Origin: Candidatus Kerfeldbacteria bacterium
Lineage (GTDB): Bacteria > Patescibacteriota > Patescibacteriia > SBBC01 > CAIJZX01
DNA length: 64,000 nucleotides
NCBI GenBank assembly: GCA_016193315.1
Contig: JACPSJ010000001.1
Location: forward strand, 471,478-535,477
Reading direction: 5' to 3'
The translations under genes were made by a program, and so were the position numbers. The notes beneath the pieces were generated by a model, which did no database searches, was not told the DNA's origin, and was given only the letters and a program-made list of their open reading frames with translations. Positions within the stretch are counted from its first letter, which is position 1. Every line of letters begins with the position of its first letter. Shown one piece after another: positions 63,861-64,000 of the stretch.

Positions 63861-64000
63861 CTCATCCCCGATCGAGAAGCGTTAATATCTGATCAAGTCG
63901 CCGGACCGTTTCCTCATGACCGAGGAGGGAGAGGATAGAGAAAACGTCAGGGCTCCCGGCGCGTAAGGTCAAAGCCACTCGCAGCGGCCATAGGACCTCG

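Noticed and set aside
63895-63960. RNase P RNA 5' region (AGTCGCCG...GAGAAAACGTCAGGGCTCC)
   Set aside because: Only loosely resembles GAGGAAAGUCCGGGC, local pairing sequesters the would-be P4 strand, and the 3' conserved regions are not visible in the window.
1-64000. Alternative genetic code (TGA = Gly/Trp)
   Set aside because: Conserved genes (secA, alaS, lysS, infA) end properly at TGA, often with ATGA/GTGA overlaps, and have no internal TGA.

Overview
A moderately GC-rich chromosomal segment using genetic code 11, almost entirely + strand. The gene families suggest a Patescibacteria/CPR genome, possibly ABY1/Kerfeldbacteria-like (inference from the sigma4-HTH protein, the VirD4-like pair, DUF4012, two mreB copies, a GxGC lipobox and an alpha-CTD-less RpoA). 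Content in order: murB, raiA/hpf, speD-like, secA, an FG-GAP L,D-transpeptidase, secD (with an inserted parvulin domain) and secF, a sigma4/HARE-HTH protein, a membrane protein plus VirD4-like ATPase, a small glycosylation trio, mnmA and alaS. A ~12.5 kb accessory tract follows (SAM-I riboswitch-metK, GyrI-like, VKOR-like, tandem membrane paralogs, metalloprotease, an extremely Trp-rich surface protein, amidohydrolase, DUF1801, CSLREA/RTX adhesin, AlkD). Then come the infA-rpmJ-rpsM-rpsK-rpsD-rpoA-rplQ-rplM-rpsI operon, a Wzx/glycosyltransferase/ligase glycan cluster, mreB, holB, frr, rseP, mreBCD-mrdA, greA, lysS, an HD protein, serS, alr, an ftsQ-like gene and an M23 peptidase. No tRNA, rRNA, CRISPR array, integrase or transposase was seen. 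Best candidates for novelty: (1) a pseudoknotted ~180 nt RNA in the speD leader and a second multi-stem leader before the L,D-transpeptidase, which share a 13/14-nt motif; (2) a protein with 34 Trp in 96 C-terminal residues; (3) SecD carrying an apparently circularly permuted PPIase; (4) RNA polymerase alpha lacking its CTD. All calls come from reading the sequence by eye, and no searches or folding programs were run.
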